In this document: positions 18,280-27,615 of the stretch, in pieces
Numbering within the stretch: position 1 is the stretch's first letter
Layout of the letters: every line of letters begins with the position of its first letter
From: an uncultured Candidatus Saccharibacteria bacterium
GTDB lineage: Bacteria > Patescibacteriota > Minisyncoccia > Phycocordibacterales > JAKFXT01
Direction: 5' to 3'
Length of the DNA stretch: 64,000 bases
Assembly (NCBI GenBank): GCA_964541455.1
Contig: CAZIPS010000002.1
Location: 6,326 to 70,325 of the forward strand
Made by a program: the position numbers and the translations under genes
Notes under the pieces: model-generated
Databases searched by the model: none
Seen by the model: only the letters and a program-made list of their open reading frames with translations
Told to the model about the DNA's origin: nothing

Positions 18280-18840
18280 TTAGTCAGCCATTGGTTCAGT
18301 AGGCGCCTCTTTTTTACTTGTTTCTTGCCGAGTTTCGAGATCTTTTTTCATAGTTTCATATTCTGGAAGCTCTTCAACCGAGGTTATGCCAAGGAATGCA
18401 AGAAGCTCGAAGGTGGGGCGATACTTCAAGCTTCGTTTGTCACTTTCGTGTTCAATACGCTCAACAAGGCCGCGCATCAAAAGGTTGCGTAATATGAAAT
18501 TAGAATTTACTCCGCGTATGTAATCGATTTCGCTACGTGAAATAGGGCCCAAGTAAAGCACGATAGAGAGTGTCTCAAGGCCAGCTCGTCCAAGGTCTTT
18601 GTGAAGTTCTTCCTTGATAAATTTTTCAATAAGAGGGGCAGCTTCTTTGTGCGTACCAAGCATGACTTCCCCATCTTTCCGCAGTAGCACAATACCCCGG
18701 TTTTCTAGTGATGTTTCAAGTGTTAAGAGCGCATCTTCTATTTGAGAAATGGGATGCTCCGTTATTTCCGAAAGCTTCTTGAGGCTTAAGGGTTCTCCTT
18801 TGAAAAAAAGTATTGATTCTATAAGTAAAGGTAGGGGCAT
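18280..18840 (-). CDS. scpB: SMC-Scp complex subunit ScpB
   Basis: IESILF, LETLSIVLY.GPISRSEIDYIRGVNS. Confidence 0.95.
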   Translation of the reverse strand: MPLPLLIESILFFKGEPLSLKKLSEITEHPISQIEDALLTLETSLENRGIVLLRKDGEVMLGTHKEAAPLIEKFIKEELHKDLGRAGLETLSIVLYLGPISRSEIDYIRGVNSNFILRNLLMRGLVERIEHESDKRSLKYRPTFELLAFLGITSVEELPEYETMKKDLETRQETSKKEAPTEPMAD

Positions 18841-18842
18841 AA

Positions 18843-19571
18843 TTAAGAAATTCTAGGTATACCAACTTCGGCAGTTTCCATAGTAATGTCGCTAAAACGT
18901 TCTTCTTGAGTTACTGCTATAATACCTTGCTTTACTAACTCTAGCATAGCAAGAAACCCAACAATTACATGTACCTTTTCGGCTTTTTCTCCCCCCGCAA
19001 ACTGTTTAAATGAGGTCCGTAGATTGCTTTGGATACGTGTGACTAAGCGCTCTATCATCTCCTCAATACTCATCACTTTCTTAACAATTGCTTGGGGGAT
19101 ATGTTCTTTGAGAGGGATTGCAAGAAGTACATTTTTAATACTTTCGTAAAGTGATGTTGAGGAAATCGTGTCTTCAGGAGAAAATACGGAGTCAATAACT
19201 TTTTGTTCAGTCTTACTAAAGATAGGAGTTTTCCCATACATTGTTTTAACATGCAGGCTCAAGGCGCGAATCTTTTCAAGTGTTTTAAGACGCTCTTCGA
19301 GTGCAGCGATATCAACACTTTCTTCGGTGGTGAGTGAGAGGTTTGGAAGAAGGGATTTTGATTTGATAAGTAAGAGGGTTGAGGCAACAAGTACAAAGTG
19401 TGCGATGTGCGGTATCCCCTCTTCCTGCATTACTTTGACATGTTCAATGAAGTCGTCAGTGACGCTCGCAAGAGAAATATCGTTGATATGGAGTTTACGT
19501 TTCTCAATAAGGTCAAGGAGTAGATCAAGAGGCCCTTCAAATTGTGCAAGCTGTACTTTAAAGGCTTCCAT
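18843..19571 (-). CDS. scpA: Segregation/condensation protein A
   Basis: FEGPLDLLLDLI, FLAMLELVK; start placed at ATG 19571. Confidence 0.95.
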   Translation of the reverse strand: MEAFKVQLAQFEGPLDLLLDLIEKRKLHINDISLASVTDDFIEHVKVMQEEGIPHIAHFVLVASTLLLIKSKSLLPNLSLTTEESVDIAALEERLKTLEKIRALSLHVKTMYGKTPIFSKTEQKVIDSVFSPEDTISSTSLYESIKNVLLAIPLKEHIPQAIVKKVMSIEEMIERLVTRIQSNLRTSFKQFAGGEKAEKVHVIVGFLAMLELVKQGIIAVTQEERFSDITMETAEVGIPRIS

Positions 19572-19617
19572 AATGTATTCTACTATAACGGTTTTGGGCC
19601 GTTCGGGCAATCAGCGC

Positions 19618-19646
19618 TTGCTAAAATGGATTTTTTGTCCTATAGT
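19618..19646 (+). promoter_or_regulatory. Sigma70-type promoter of islet 4
   Basis: TTGCTA-17 bp-TATAGT, similar to the islet 1 promoter. Confidence 0.7.
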
Positions 19647-19714
19647 GAAATTTGCTGTAAATTTTGGAAGGCGCGACCAATAAAATTCGCGCCACCACGG
19701 AAAAGGAGGGCCGC

Positions 19715-19978
19715 ATGGCCGCTGAAAAGGGCTGTTGTTGGACGCAGGGCGACAATCGTTGTGTTACGCTCTGCGAGGATGGGCACTGCCCAGGGGGGGA
19801 CGTTTGCGTAACGTCCCAGAGGCACAACGTCAACCACGTCGTTGACTACCCCTACCAGATCCTCCAAAGGGTCATGGAAGAGGGGCGGCCGGGACAGAAG
19901 ACGAAACACAGGCATACTGGGACGGGCGACGGAGACCGTTCTGTCTGGCAGGTGGGCGTCCCTGAAGCTTCATCGTGA
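19715..19978 (+). CDS. Orphan Cys/His-rich GC-rich protein, 87 aa (islet 4)
   Basis: SD AAGGAGG before ATG 19715; MAAEKGCCWTQGDNRCVTLCEDGHCPGGDVC...; own terminator. Confidence 0.65.
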   Translation: MAAEKGCCWTQGDNRCVTLCEDGHCPGGDVCVTSQRHNVNHVVDYPYQILQRVMEEGRPGQKTKHRHTGTGDGDRSVWQVGVPEASS

Positions 19979-19979
19979 A

Positions 19980-20018
19980 TGCCCTTCGGGCAAGGCTGCG
20001 TACCCCGCAGCCTTTTTT
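19980..20018 (+). terminator. Double hairpin terminator of islet 4, abutting the aspS stop
   Basis: GCCcTTCGgGC UUCG hairpin, then AAGGCTGCG-taccc-CGCAGCCTT-TTTT. Confidence 0.8.
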
Positions 20019-20019
20019 A

Positions 20020-21345
20020 TTATTTACTAAGAAGCGTGTCGATACGATTAATGTCGCGTGGGAAAAGGGTGGCCTCTTTTACATTAGAGAGATTGAGGAA
20101 TTTTTGAGTGAGACGCTCGAGACCTATCGCTAGCCCCCCGTGTGGAGGCATACCCGTGTCAAAGGCTTGGAGATAGAAAGAAAATAGTTCTGGGTTAAGA
20201 TTTTTATTTTTTAAGCCTTCGAGCATAAGTTCCCTTGTATGGCGGCGCTGACCACCCGTAGTTATCTCAACTCCACGGAAGAGTAGATCAAAAGATTTTG
20301 AAAATCCCTTATCGTTTTCATCCTCGTAAGTATAGAAGGGGCGCTTAGTAATTGGGTAGTGCGTGATAAAGATAAAATCAGAATTATGGGTTTTCTTTGC
20401 CCACTCACAAAGCTGTCTTTCGTGTTCTGGCTCAAGGTCTGGTTCCCCTACTGCTTTGCCGCCGAATTCTTTTTCGATAAGTTCCTGTGCCTCGCGAAGC
20501 TTCATAGTGGGGATATGCGCTGGCACTACAGGAATTTCTGCCTTAAGTAGAGCGAACTCTTTTTCACATGTTTTATGAAGCTCTTCGGTGATCGCTATCA
20601 TAAGATCATTTTCAAGGCGCATGATATCAGTATGGTCTTTGATAAAGCCAAACTCTAAATCGAGAGAAGTGTACTCGTTTAGATGTCGTGAGGTTGCATG
20701 TTTTTCAGCGCGAAAGACGTTTCCAATAGTGTAGACACGCTCAAAGACACCGACCATGATTTGTTTATATAACTGTGGAGAGGTGGCAAGTCCTGCTTTA
20801 TGCCCAAAGTGGTCTATGTTATACACAGCACTTCCCCCTTCTGCATCCCCCCCAACAATTTTTGGACACTGAAATTCTGTAAATCCACGGCTGTCAAGGA
20901 AAGCATGAAATGCTTTAATAATGTGGCTTTGCACTTTAAATATTGCTCGGCTTCTTTCGCTACGAAGCGTGTAAGGTTGGTTATCAAGAAAAGTATCAAT
21001 GTTAAGTTCAGTATCTAACTCAAATGGGACCTCAGCGCTTGCAAGCACAGTGATGCTCGTGATTTCAAGTTCAATGTCGCCATTTTGAACCCCTTCTTTG
21101 ACCATTTTTAATGGACGCTTATTAACTTTCCCCTCAATTGTCACCACCCACTCTGGGCGGAGAGTCTCGGCCACTTTGTGGGCTTTTTCGTAGTTTGGGA
21201 GGACTACGCCTTGTACAAGCCCTGTGCTATCACGAATATCAAGGAAAATAAGCTTGCCGTGGTCACGCCTAATATGTATCCATCCGTTAATGGTAACGCC
21301 CTTCTCTATGTTTTGGGCCAGATCTTTAATGAGTGTTCTTTCCAT
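20020..21345 (-). CDS. aspS: Aspartate--tRNA(Asp/Asn) ligase, short archaeal-type
   Basis: OB fold (RRDHGKLIFLDIRD), SPQLYKQ, FRAEKH.TSRHLNE, GMPPHGG..IGLER; 441 aa without the bacterial GAD insert. Confidence 0.9.
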   Translation of the reverse strand: MERTLIKDLAQNIEKGVTINGWIHIRRDHGKLIFLDIRDSTGLVQGVVLPNYEKAHKVAETLRPEWVVTIEGKVNKRPLKMVKEGVQNGDIELEITSITVLASAEVPFELDTELNIDTFLDNQPYTLRSERSRAIFKVQSHIIKAFHAFLDSRGFTEFQCPKIVGGDAEGGSAVYNIDHFGHKAGLATSPQLYKQIMVGVFERVYTIGNVFRAEKHATSRHLNEYTSLDLEFGFIKDHTDIMRLENDLMIAITEELHKTCEKEFALLKAEIPVVPAHIPTMKLREAQELIEKEFGGKAVGEPDLEPEHERQLCEWAKKTHNSDFIFITHYPITKRPFYTYEDENDKGFSKSFDLLFRGVEITTGGQRRHTRELMLEGLKNKNLNPELFSFYLQAFDTGMPPHGGLAIGLERLTQKFLNLSNVKEATLFPRDINRIDTLLSK

Positions 21346-21347
21346 AA

Positions 21348-22325
21348 TTACATTGTTATACCAACAAGTTCACGCACTTTCCTTATAGTGTTTTCAGCAT
21401 TACCTCTCGCACGCTCCCCTCCTTTTGCTAGTACCGAGGCGATGAGCGAAGGATCGTTTCGTATTTCTTCAAAGCGAACGCGAAGTGGTAAAAGCATATT
21501 TTTCATGTTCTCAAAAAGTATGTCTTTTGATTCCTTATAGCCAATACCCCCCTTAATGTAGCGCTCGCGCAGTTGTTCCAGATCGTTTTGACTAAAGAGC
21601 TTGTGGTAGGCAAAAACAAGGTCGGTGTCAGGGTTTTTTGCTTCCTCAACCCCTTTTGAATCGGTGGTAATCCCCATGACGGCTTTACGCAGTACTTCTT
21701 CTGTTGGAAAAAGTGGAATAATGTTTCCGTAGCTTTTACTCATCTTCTGTCCATCAATACCAGGAATAGTCTGCACGGCTTCATCAATAAGAGCTTCTGG
21801 CAGTGTGAACACTTCACCAAATGTATTATTGAACTTTTGAGCAGTATCTCGTGTTATCTCTATATGTTGTTTTTGGTCGGCCCCAACAGGAACGACGGAG
21901 GCTTGCTCAATCAATATGTCCGCTGCCATAAGTAGCGGGTAATTGAAGACTCCAACATTAATCTCCTTATTTTTTGCTTCCGCATCCTTAAAAGCATGTG
22001 CGCGCATTAAGTATGGCATTGTAGTTAAACAACTAAGTATCCACGATAATTCAGTTACTTCCGGAACATCCGATTGTTTATAGAGGGTTACTTTCTCTGG
22101 ATTAAGGCCGATTGCTAGATAGCCTGCAACCGTGTCTTTAATAATTTCTTGCATTTGTTCCTTGTTTTGGAGGGTGGTAAGTGCGTGGAGGTCTGCAACA
22201 AAAATGTTGCAATCATAGGTGTTTTGAAGGGTCAAAAATTGGCGCATGGCACCAAAATAATTTCCAATATGGAGGGTTCCGGTTGATTTAATCCCGGAAA
22301 CGAGGGTTTTTTTAGCTTCTGCCAT
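21348..22325 (-). CDS. trpS: Tryptophan--tRNA ligase
   Basis: HIGNYFG, YPLLMAADIL, VPVGADQKQH, KMSKS. Confidence 0.97.
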   Translation of the reverse strand: MAEAKKTLVSGIKSTGTLHIGNYFGAMRQFLTLQNTYDCNIFVADLHALTTLQNKEQMQEIIKDTVAGYLAIGLNPEKVTLYKQSDVPEVTELSWILSCLTTMPYLMRAHAFKDAEAKNKEINVGVFNYPLLMAADILIEQASVVPVGADQKQHIEITRDTAQKFNNTFGEVFTLPEALIDEAVQTIPGIDGQKMSKSYGNIIPLFPTEEVLRKAVMGITTDSKGVEEAKNPDTDLVFAYHKLFSQNDLEQLRERYIKGGIGYKESKDILFENMKNMLLPLRVRFEEIRNDPSLIASVLAKGGERARGNAENTIRKVRELVGITM

Positions 22326-22375
22326 AGGCGCTATACTAGCAGAAATAAGGGTTTTTTCAAAACAGCTCTGGCATC

Positions 22376-23095
22376 TTATTTTCTGTGTGGATTAAAAATG
22401 TCTTTTGGAAGGAGGTACATAAGAAGCATGAGGCATCCTGATAATACAGCAAGCACTAAGCCTAGTACGTTTTGTACACCATTTATAGAAATTTGGATAA
22501 GGAATCCTCCAGTACCTAAGAGAAATCCGACTGCACTAAGAATAAGAAGCTTAAAGCGATTATAGGGGTCATTAAGAAGTAGTGCCGCTTGGTAAAAAAT
22601 AACCCCCCAAAGATATCCATACATAAAATACACTAGAGCAACCCCCCAACGGACAATGGGGTTAGCTACCCATGTCATAACACCAAGGTCGTTTACGGTT
22701 GGGAGTCTAAAGTCCATAAAGAGAATAGCCGTGGTAATAATAGTTATGAGTCCGACAATAAACATACCCACCACTTCTTCTCTTTCACTAATGATTGAGC
22801 TCGCCATGAGACGAAGTAATCGGAACCCCACCATAAGTGCACAAAGGGTAAGAATGGTTGCGATAATATACGCATATGCAAAATAATGCATATTTGTAGC
22901 ATCAATAAAGTACGGTACAACAAAGCTAATGCAACGAAGGGAAATAAAAGTGAAAAAAATCCCGGCAGAGAGAATCGCTTCATTTTTTGTTTTGTGGTAC
23001 GAAGCAAAAAGATACCATGTAGCGCATATGAAGCAAAAACCAGTGAGAGCTGACCCAACAAGGCTAATAGGTGCGTTCAATAAATCTCCTATCAT
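22376..23095 (-). CDS. Polytopic (about 7 TM) membrane protein
   Basis: About seven hydrophobic segments; ATGA overlap with the upstream kinase gene. Confidence 0.8.
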   Translation of the reverse strand: MIGDLLNAPISLVGSALTGFCFICATWYLFASYHKTKNEAILSAGIFFTFISLRCISFVVPYFIDATNMHYFAYAYIIATILTLCALMVGFRLLRLMASSIISEREEVVGMFIVGLITIITTAILFMDFRLPTVNDLGVMTWVANPIVRWGVALVYFMYGYLWGVIFYQAALLLNDPYNRFKLLILSAVGFLLGTGGFLIQISINGVQNVLGLVLAVLSGCLMLLMYLLPKDIFNPHRK

Positions 23096-24744
23096 ACAGT
23101 TTTAGCAAAATTAGTAACGGTGAGGGTGCGCGCGGCCTCGCTATCCTCTAAAAGTTCTACAAAAAACGTTGACCCCTTCCCCACTCCACCCGACTCAATC
23201 CACACTTCTCCTTTATGCCCCGCTACGATTTCCTTAACAACATAAAGGCCGAGTCCGGTACCAATAACATTTACTTTATTTGCATTTTTGGCACGAGAAA
23301 ACTTAGAGAAGAGTACAGGAATGGTTTCTTTATCAATACCGATACCAGTGTCGGCCACGGCGAGAATAATTTTCCTTTCAGCTCGCTTTTTTGTGAGACG
23401 GACAGAGATGCTCCCTTTGGGCGTATATTTTATAGCATTATCAATTAAATTGAGCACCACTTGGCGGATTTTGCTCAAATCAGCTTTTACAAAGTAAGGA
23501 GGTAGATGATCGGTACTAAAGGTGAGGGAGAGATGTGCATGTTCTGCTGAGGGCTTCTGTTCATCAACAACGCTTTTTACTACTTTTTCAAGATCAAGTG
23601 TTTCAAATTCGTACTTCATTCTTCCCTGCTCAATACGTGAGACATTAAGGAAGTCTTCCACCATAACCACAAGTGATTGGCAGGATTGAAACATTTTATC
23701 AACTGCTTCATGAATAGCGGGAGGAGTCTTGCCAAAGGAGCCGTCAAGAATAAGTGACGCATACCCTTTAATAGCAGTAAGGGGGCTGCGAAGTTGATGA
23801 GAGGCAATTGAAACGAACTCGGATTTTAATTGATCAAGTTCTTGTAGGCGGTTATTTGCTCGACTTAGGTCAGTGGCAAGCCTTTCAATTTCTTCACGCG
23901 ACTCAATTTCCTTACCCACACTTCGAATAAGGAAAATTCCTGAAATAATAGTAGCGATAAGTAGTCCTGAAGTAATAACCTGGTCTTCAAAGGTGGGTGA
24001 AACAAGTACTCGAGAAAAAAGTAGCCCCCAAATGGCAAAAGTGAAGAGTTCGGCAGAAATCACTTTTATATTGAAAAGATGATGACGTAGAATAGCGTAG
24101 GTAATGATAAGCGGATAGAGTGAAAAAAGAATAAGTGGGTATGGTGGAATATTGATATTAAATGTAAGGAGGAAGACACTTCCCCCCCCGATAAACCCAG
24201 CACTTGATGAAAAAAGTACATAGAGGAGGCGTGTCCTTTCTAGGTCTTTTTGTTTCAAAATGGTCAAAAGAAGTATCCATTCAGCAATAAGCACAATTGC
24301 GAAAAAGTAAACAGTGAAATATATGTAAAGTGGTCCTGCATCAGGGGCAAAAGCTAAAGGTGCCTTGGGGAACACATCAGCAACAAAAAGAGTACTCTTA
24401 CTTATAATAAGAAACGCAACGGCAAAGACAGAAAAGAGCACGGTGAGCATTTGATATTTTTTCGCTGTTTTTGTCAGGTGGACAATAAAGTAAAAATAAA
24501 AGATAGGAATCAAAATAGCGCCGATGTGGAGAATCCAATCGCTGTTAATGGCAGCAAGCTTACTTGGAGAAAGGAGCATCGAAAAATACCCAAAACTCCA
24601 AATAGCGGTAACCAGGTTTAAAAGCATCCACGCAATGTTTTCTCTTTTGTGTGGGTCATTGAAGAACACAAAGGCTCCCGAGCCTATAGCAACAAGCCCA
24701 CCTAAAAAAAGCGAAATATTAAAATAGTTTAATGATTCAAGCAT
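23092..24744 (-). CDS. Sensor histidine kinase with multi-TM (HisKA_7TM-like) N-terminus
   Basis: Many N-terminal TMs, H box FVSIASHQLRSPL, N box NLIDNAIKY, DTGIG, GTGLGL, GKGSTF. Confidence 0.93.
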   Translation of the reverse strand: MLESLNYFNISLFLGGLVAIGSGAFVFFNDPHKRENIAWMLLNLVTAIWSFGYFSMLLSPSKLAAINSDWILHIGAILIPIFYFYFIVHLTKTAKKYQMLTVLFSVFAVAFLIISKSTLFVADVFPKAPLAFAPDAGPLYIYFTVYFFAIVLIAEWILLLTILKQKDLERTRLLYVLFSSSAGFIGGGSVFLLTFNINIPPYPLILFSLYPLIITYAILRHHLFNIKVISAELFTFAIWGLLFSRVLVSPTFEDQVITSGLLIATIISGIFLIRSVGKEIESREEIERLATDLSRANNRLQELDQLKSEFVSIASHQLRSPLTAIKGYASLILDGSFGKTPPAIHEAVDKMFQSCQSLVVMVEDFLNVSRIEQGRMKYEFETLDLEKVVKSVVDEQKPSAEHAHLSLTFSTDHLPPYFVKADLSKIRQVVLNLIDNAIKYTPKGSISVRLTKKRAERKIILAVADTGIGIDKETIPVLFSKFSRAKNANKVNVIGTGLGLYVVKEIVAGHKGEVWIESGGVGKGSTFFVELLEDSEAARTLTVTNFAKTV

Positions 24745-26383
24745 GGATAGTAGTAATATCAAGATAGCGGTTCCCTAATTCTGTAAAATGCTCTGTTGAG
24801 GCCATATGCCTTGCAAGTTCTTTCTGGCTGTTATAGGTAATATTTGTGCCATGATGGGGTTCAACATGGATATCTCCTTTGTATACCCTGTGTGTGAGCA
24901 TGGCTTGTTTGAAGGCGTTAAGTTTACCCTCAAGCGCATAGATAGCTGATTGTGGGGATGAGCAAGCAACGTGCGGGTTGGTGAGTCCGTGTACTTGCCA
25001 GCCCCTTGGAATATGAAGTGGGTTAATGTACCCGTGCCAATGAGAAAGTGCCATTCCTTTGGTAGTGATGTGTTTTAAGAAAGAATTTTCTTTATCTATA
25101 TGGTTAAGGATTGAGGCAATAATGGCATTACCTATACCATGAGCGAGCATGACACCAGTATCGAAAGATGGTTTATAGTCTTTAGTGAACGTAACTCCCT
25201 TTGGTGCTTGTAAATACATTGTTCCATTTTTAATACCAATTTTGACAACATCTTTTATCTTATCCATATTGGTTTTATTTGCCCCCGAGCGCTGACTTAG
25301 TATCCATACTTCGGGAACCTTAAGGGCAAACTTCCCTTCGGCGATTTCAACAGTAATATACATATCATTTCCCACGTAGAACAGATCGTCTTGAGGAGGT
25401 GTTCCACCAAGCACTTTTTCTATATCTGTATAAGGGATAAGTGGAGAAGGGGTGACAGGCATTTGGTCTGCCAAAAATCCATAGCTCATGCCTGTGCGAT
25501 GATCTAGGTGGAGTTGTCCTATCCATGTGTAAAATTTATTGCGAAAAGGGAGATCAGCAATTTTTTTCCCAGGGGGGTAAATTGAAAGTTTTTCAAAGAG
25601 CGGTCCGCTTTCTGCAAGATCAGCAATAATTGGTGCATGTACAGCGTCAGTTGAATCAAATTTTTCCTTAACAACGGTAAAATCTGAAAAGCGATATGGG
25701 CGGATAGGCGCTGCAATTTTTGGTAGTAGCCCATAGAGAAGGTCATGTTTAAAATCCCCTTCTCGCTTATAGAGCGGATGAGATGCATTAAAATTGTAGA
25801 CAATCCAATCTTTTTTGTCGACCACAATAACGATGTTGGTCATGTGATATGCAAAAAGGCGCATAGCAGTATCAAAATGAGTATAAAAATTACTTTCCTC
25901 TGTTATTTCTTTTGGTTTATCAAGGATAGTGATTACCGAGCTTAGACGAAAACTTGACGCAACATCAATGGGCATACGCCCCATACTACTTTCGCCAAGT
26001 GCAATAACGGAAACGCCAGGTTTTATGCGGTGCGTTTTTAAAATTCCCTTAAGTGTTTTTCGATCTATGTATACACGCTCGGTGCGTCCAAGTAAGCGCT
26101 CCAAAAGATAAATACCATTATTGGAGAGGCTTGCAAGAAGACGTTTAACACGCTTTTTTTGAGGCACTTTTTCAAGCGCTTCCTTGTAAGGAATAATACT
26201 TATTCCTATTTCTTTAAGGGTTTCTTCAAGTTTTTTTGCAAAGGTAAGTACTGGAGTACTAAGTGCGGCAAGATTCTCAACTGGATAGAAGGTAAGGGTA
26301 ACCCCTCTCGCCATTGAAAGAGGGTCTTTTTGAATATTTTCGGTCAGACCTAAAAGTGTATGTATTGCTTTTTCGCTGATCAT
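24737..26383 (-). CDS. Unknown 548-aa soluble protein with a possible class II aldolase-like C-terminal metal site
   Basis: SQRSGANK, KPSFDT, HWH and EPHHG occur in the order of the class II aldolase/adducin motifs (SGxxK, PSSE, HxH, NHG). Confidence 0.55.
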   Translation of the reverse strand: MISEKAIHTLLGLTENIQKDPLSMARGVTLTFYPVENLAALSTPVLTFAKKLEETLKEIGISIIPYKEALEKVPQKKRVKRLLASLSNNGIYLLERLLGRTERVYIDRKTLKGILKTHRIKPGVSVIALGESSMGRMPIDVASSFRLSSVITILDKPKEITEESNFYTHFDTAMRLFAYHMTNIVIVVDKKDWIVYNFNASHPLYKREGDFKHDLLYGLLPKIAAPIRPYRFSDFTVVKEKFDSTDAVHAPIIADLAESGPLFEKLSIYPPGKKIADLPFRNKFYTWIGQLHLDHRTGMSYGFLADQMPVTPSPLIPYTDIEKVLGGTPPQDDLFYVGNDMYITVEIAEGKFALKVPEVWILSQRSGANKTNMDKIKDVVKIGIKNGTMYLQAPKGVTFTKDYKPSFDTGVMLAHGIGNAIIASILNHIDKENSFLKHITTKGMALSHWHGYINPLHIPRGWQVHGLTNPHVACSSPQSAIYALEGKLNAFKQAMLTHRVYKGDIHVEPHHGTNITYNSQKELARHMASTEHFTELGNRYLDITTIHA

Positions 26384-27060
26384 ACGTGGTGGAAAGTATG
26401 TAGAGATGTTCCCTCCATTATTATACGTGCTTTTTCACGATATGACTCTGCATCATCGCTTTCGCTGTGAATATTATATAGGGGAATATTGAAGACTACG
26501 GCAACATGACGCTTGCGAGTGAAAAAATCACGCAAGGTAATTTTGTAGGGTCCAGTAATGGTGACGTGAACAACAGGGGTATGTGTTGCTTCGGCTAGGT
26601 ATACTACTCCCCCATGTACTTCACCAAGTACTCCAGTTTTGGTAATACGTCCTTCGGGGAAAATGCACACGCTATTTTTCCCCTTAAGTAATTTGATGTG
26701 GTTAAAGAGAGATTCAGCATAACTTTTAAGCCCTGACTGTGCAGGGTAGGCTCCCCATGCCTTAAAAAAGAATCCCCCATAAAAATATTTACGCATTCCC
26801 TTTATGGAAGCAAGGTAATTTTTTCTTGATACGTAAAAGAGCGGACCAAAACGAGAAAAACATGGAAGTGCAGCTCGCACCAAGATGGGGTCAAGTTCGC
26901 TTACATGATTTGAAGCAAATATAACAGGAGCCTCAATACCTTTTAGATGCTCCAAACCAACAACATTGAAATGAATAAAAAAGTTAAGCACAAGGCGTGT
27001 CGGAAGCCAAGCGCACGATTGTAGTATCTTTGGAATATATCTAATAAAAAATTGACGCAT
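26380..27060 (-). CDS. Lysophospholipid acyltransferase (PlsC-like)
   Basis: SNHVSELD (NHxxxxD) and IFPEG motifs. Confidence 0.9.
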   Translation of the reverse strand: MRQFFIRYIPKILQSCAWLPTRLVLNFFIHFNVVGLEHLKGIEAPVIFASNHVSELDPILVRAALPCFSRFGPLFYVSRKNYLASIKGMRKYFYGGFFFKAWGAYPAQSGLKSYAESLFNHIKLLKGKNSVCIFPEGRITKTGVLGEVHGGVVYLAEATHTPVVHVTITGPYKITLRDFFTRKRHVAVVFNIPLYNIHSESDDAESYREKARIIMEGTSLHTFHHV

Positions 27061-27078
27061 ATACTATGCAGGGTGTAT

Positions 27079-27564
27079 TTAGGAACGACCCGAAGTGAGA
27101 AAAAGCATGGCAAAACTTCCAAGTATCCAATAAAAAAGAATATGTGGGATTGCTTGGAACATAGAAATTATTTTTCCGTATTGTGTTAAGAAACTTGTTT
27201 CCATGTGTGGAGTAATTGCAAGAAGGAGAAAGCCTATAATTGAAAGCGCTAACAGTACCGCTTCAAACACCCTACGCATGGGGCTCCATGAAAATACTGT
27301 TGAAACAAGGCGACGAAAAATAAAAAATAGTAGTAAGGTGGTAATGAGGAAGATGATAAGTGCAATAGTATCGCTCTGTTTCTCATAGTGTAGTTTCTCC
27401 GTAATAAATGACTGAAATGGAGAAAGAAGTTCAAAGGTGTAGGCAGCAAAAAGTGCGAAGAAAAGACTTACTCCGGAACTTTTACCAAAATAAAGAAGCC
27501 AAGAGAAAAGTATGGCAAAGACAACTATCAAAGCAAGAATGTCAAAAGGCATACCAAAGAACAT
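27079..27564 (-). CDS. Membrane protein (CvpA-like topology)
   Basis: Four to five hydrophobic helices; FDILALIV N-terminus. Confidence 0.65.
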   Translation of the reverse strand: MFFGMPFDILALIVVFAILFSWLLYFGKSSGVSLFFALFAAYTFELLSPFQSFITEKLHYEKQSDTIALIIFLITTLLLFFIFRRLVSTVFSWSPMRRVFEAVLLALSIIGFLLLAITPHMETSFLTQYGKIISMFQAIPHILFYWILGSFAMLFLTSGRS

Positions 27565-27615
27565 ATATATAGACGATATGATTGATTAAAGTACTTCTAT
27601 TGTAATATAGGTTGC

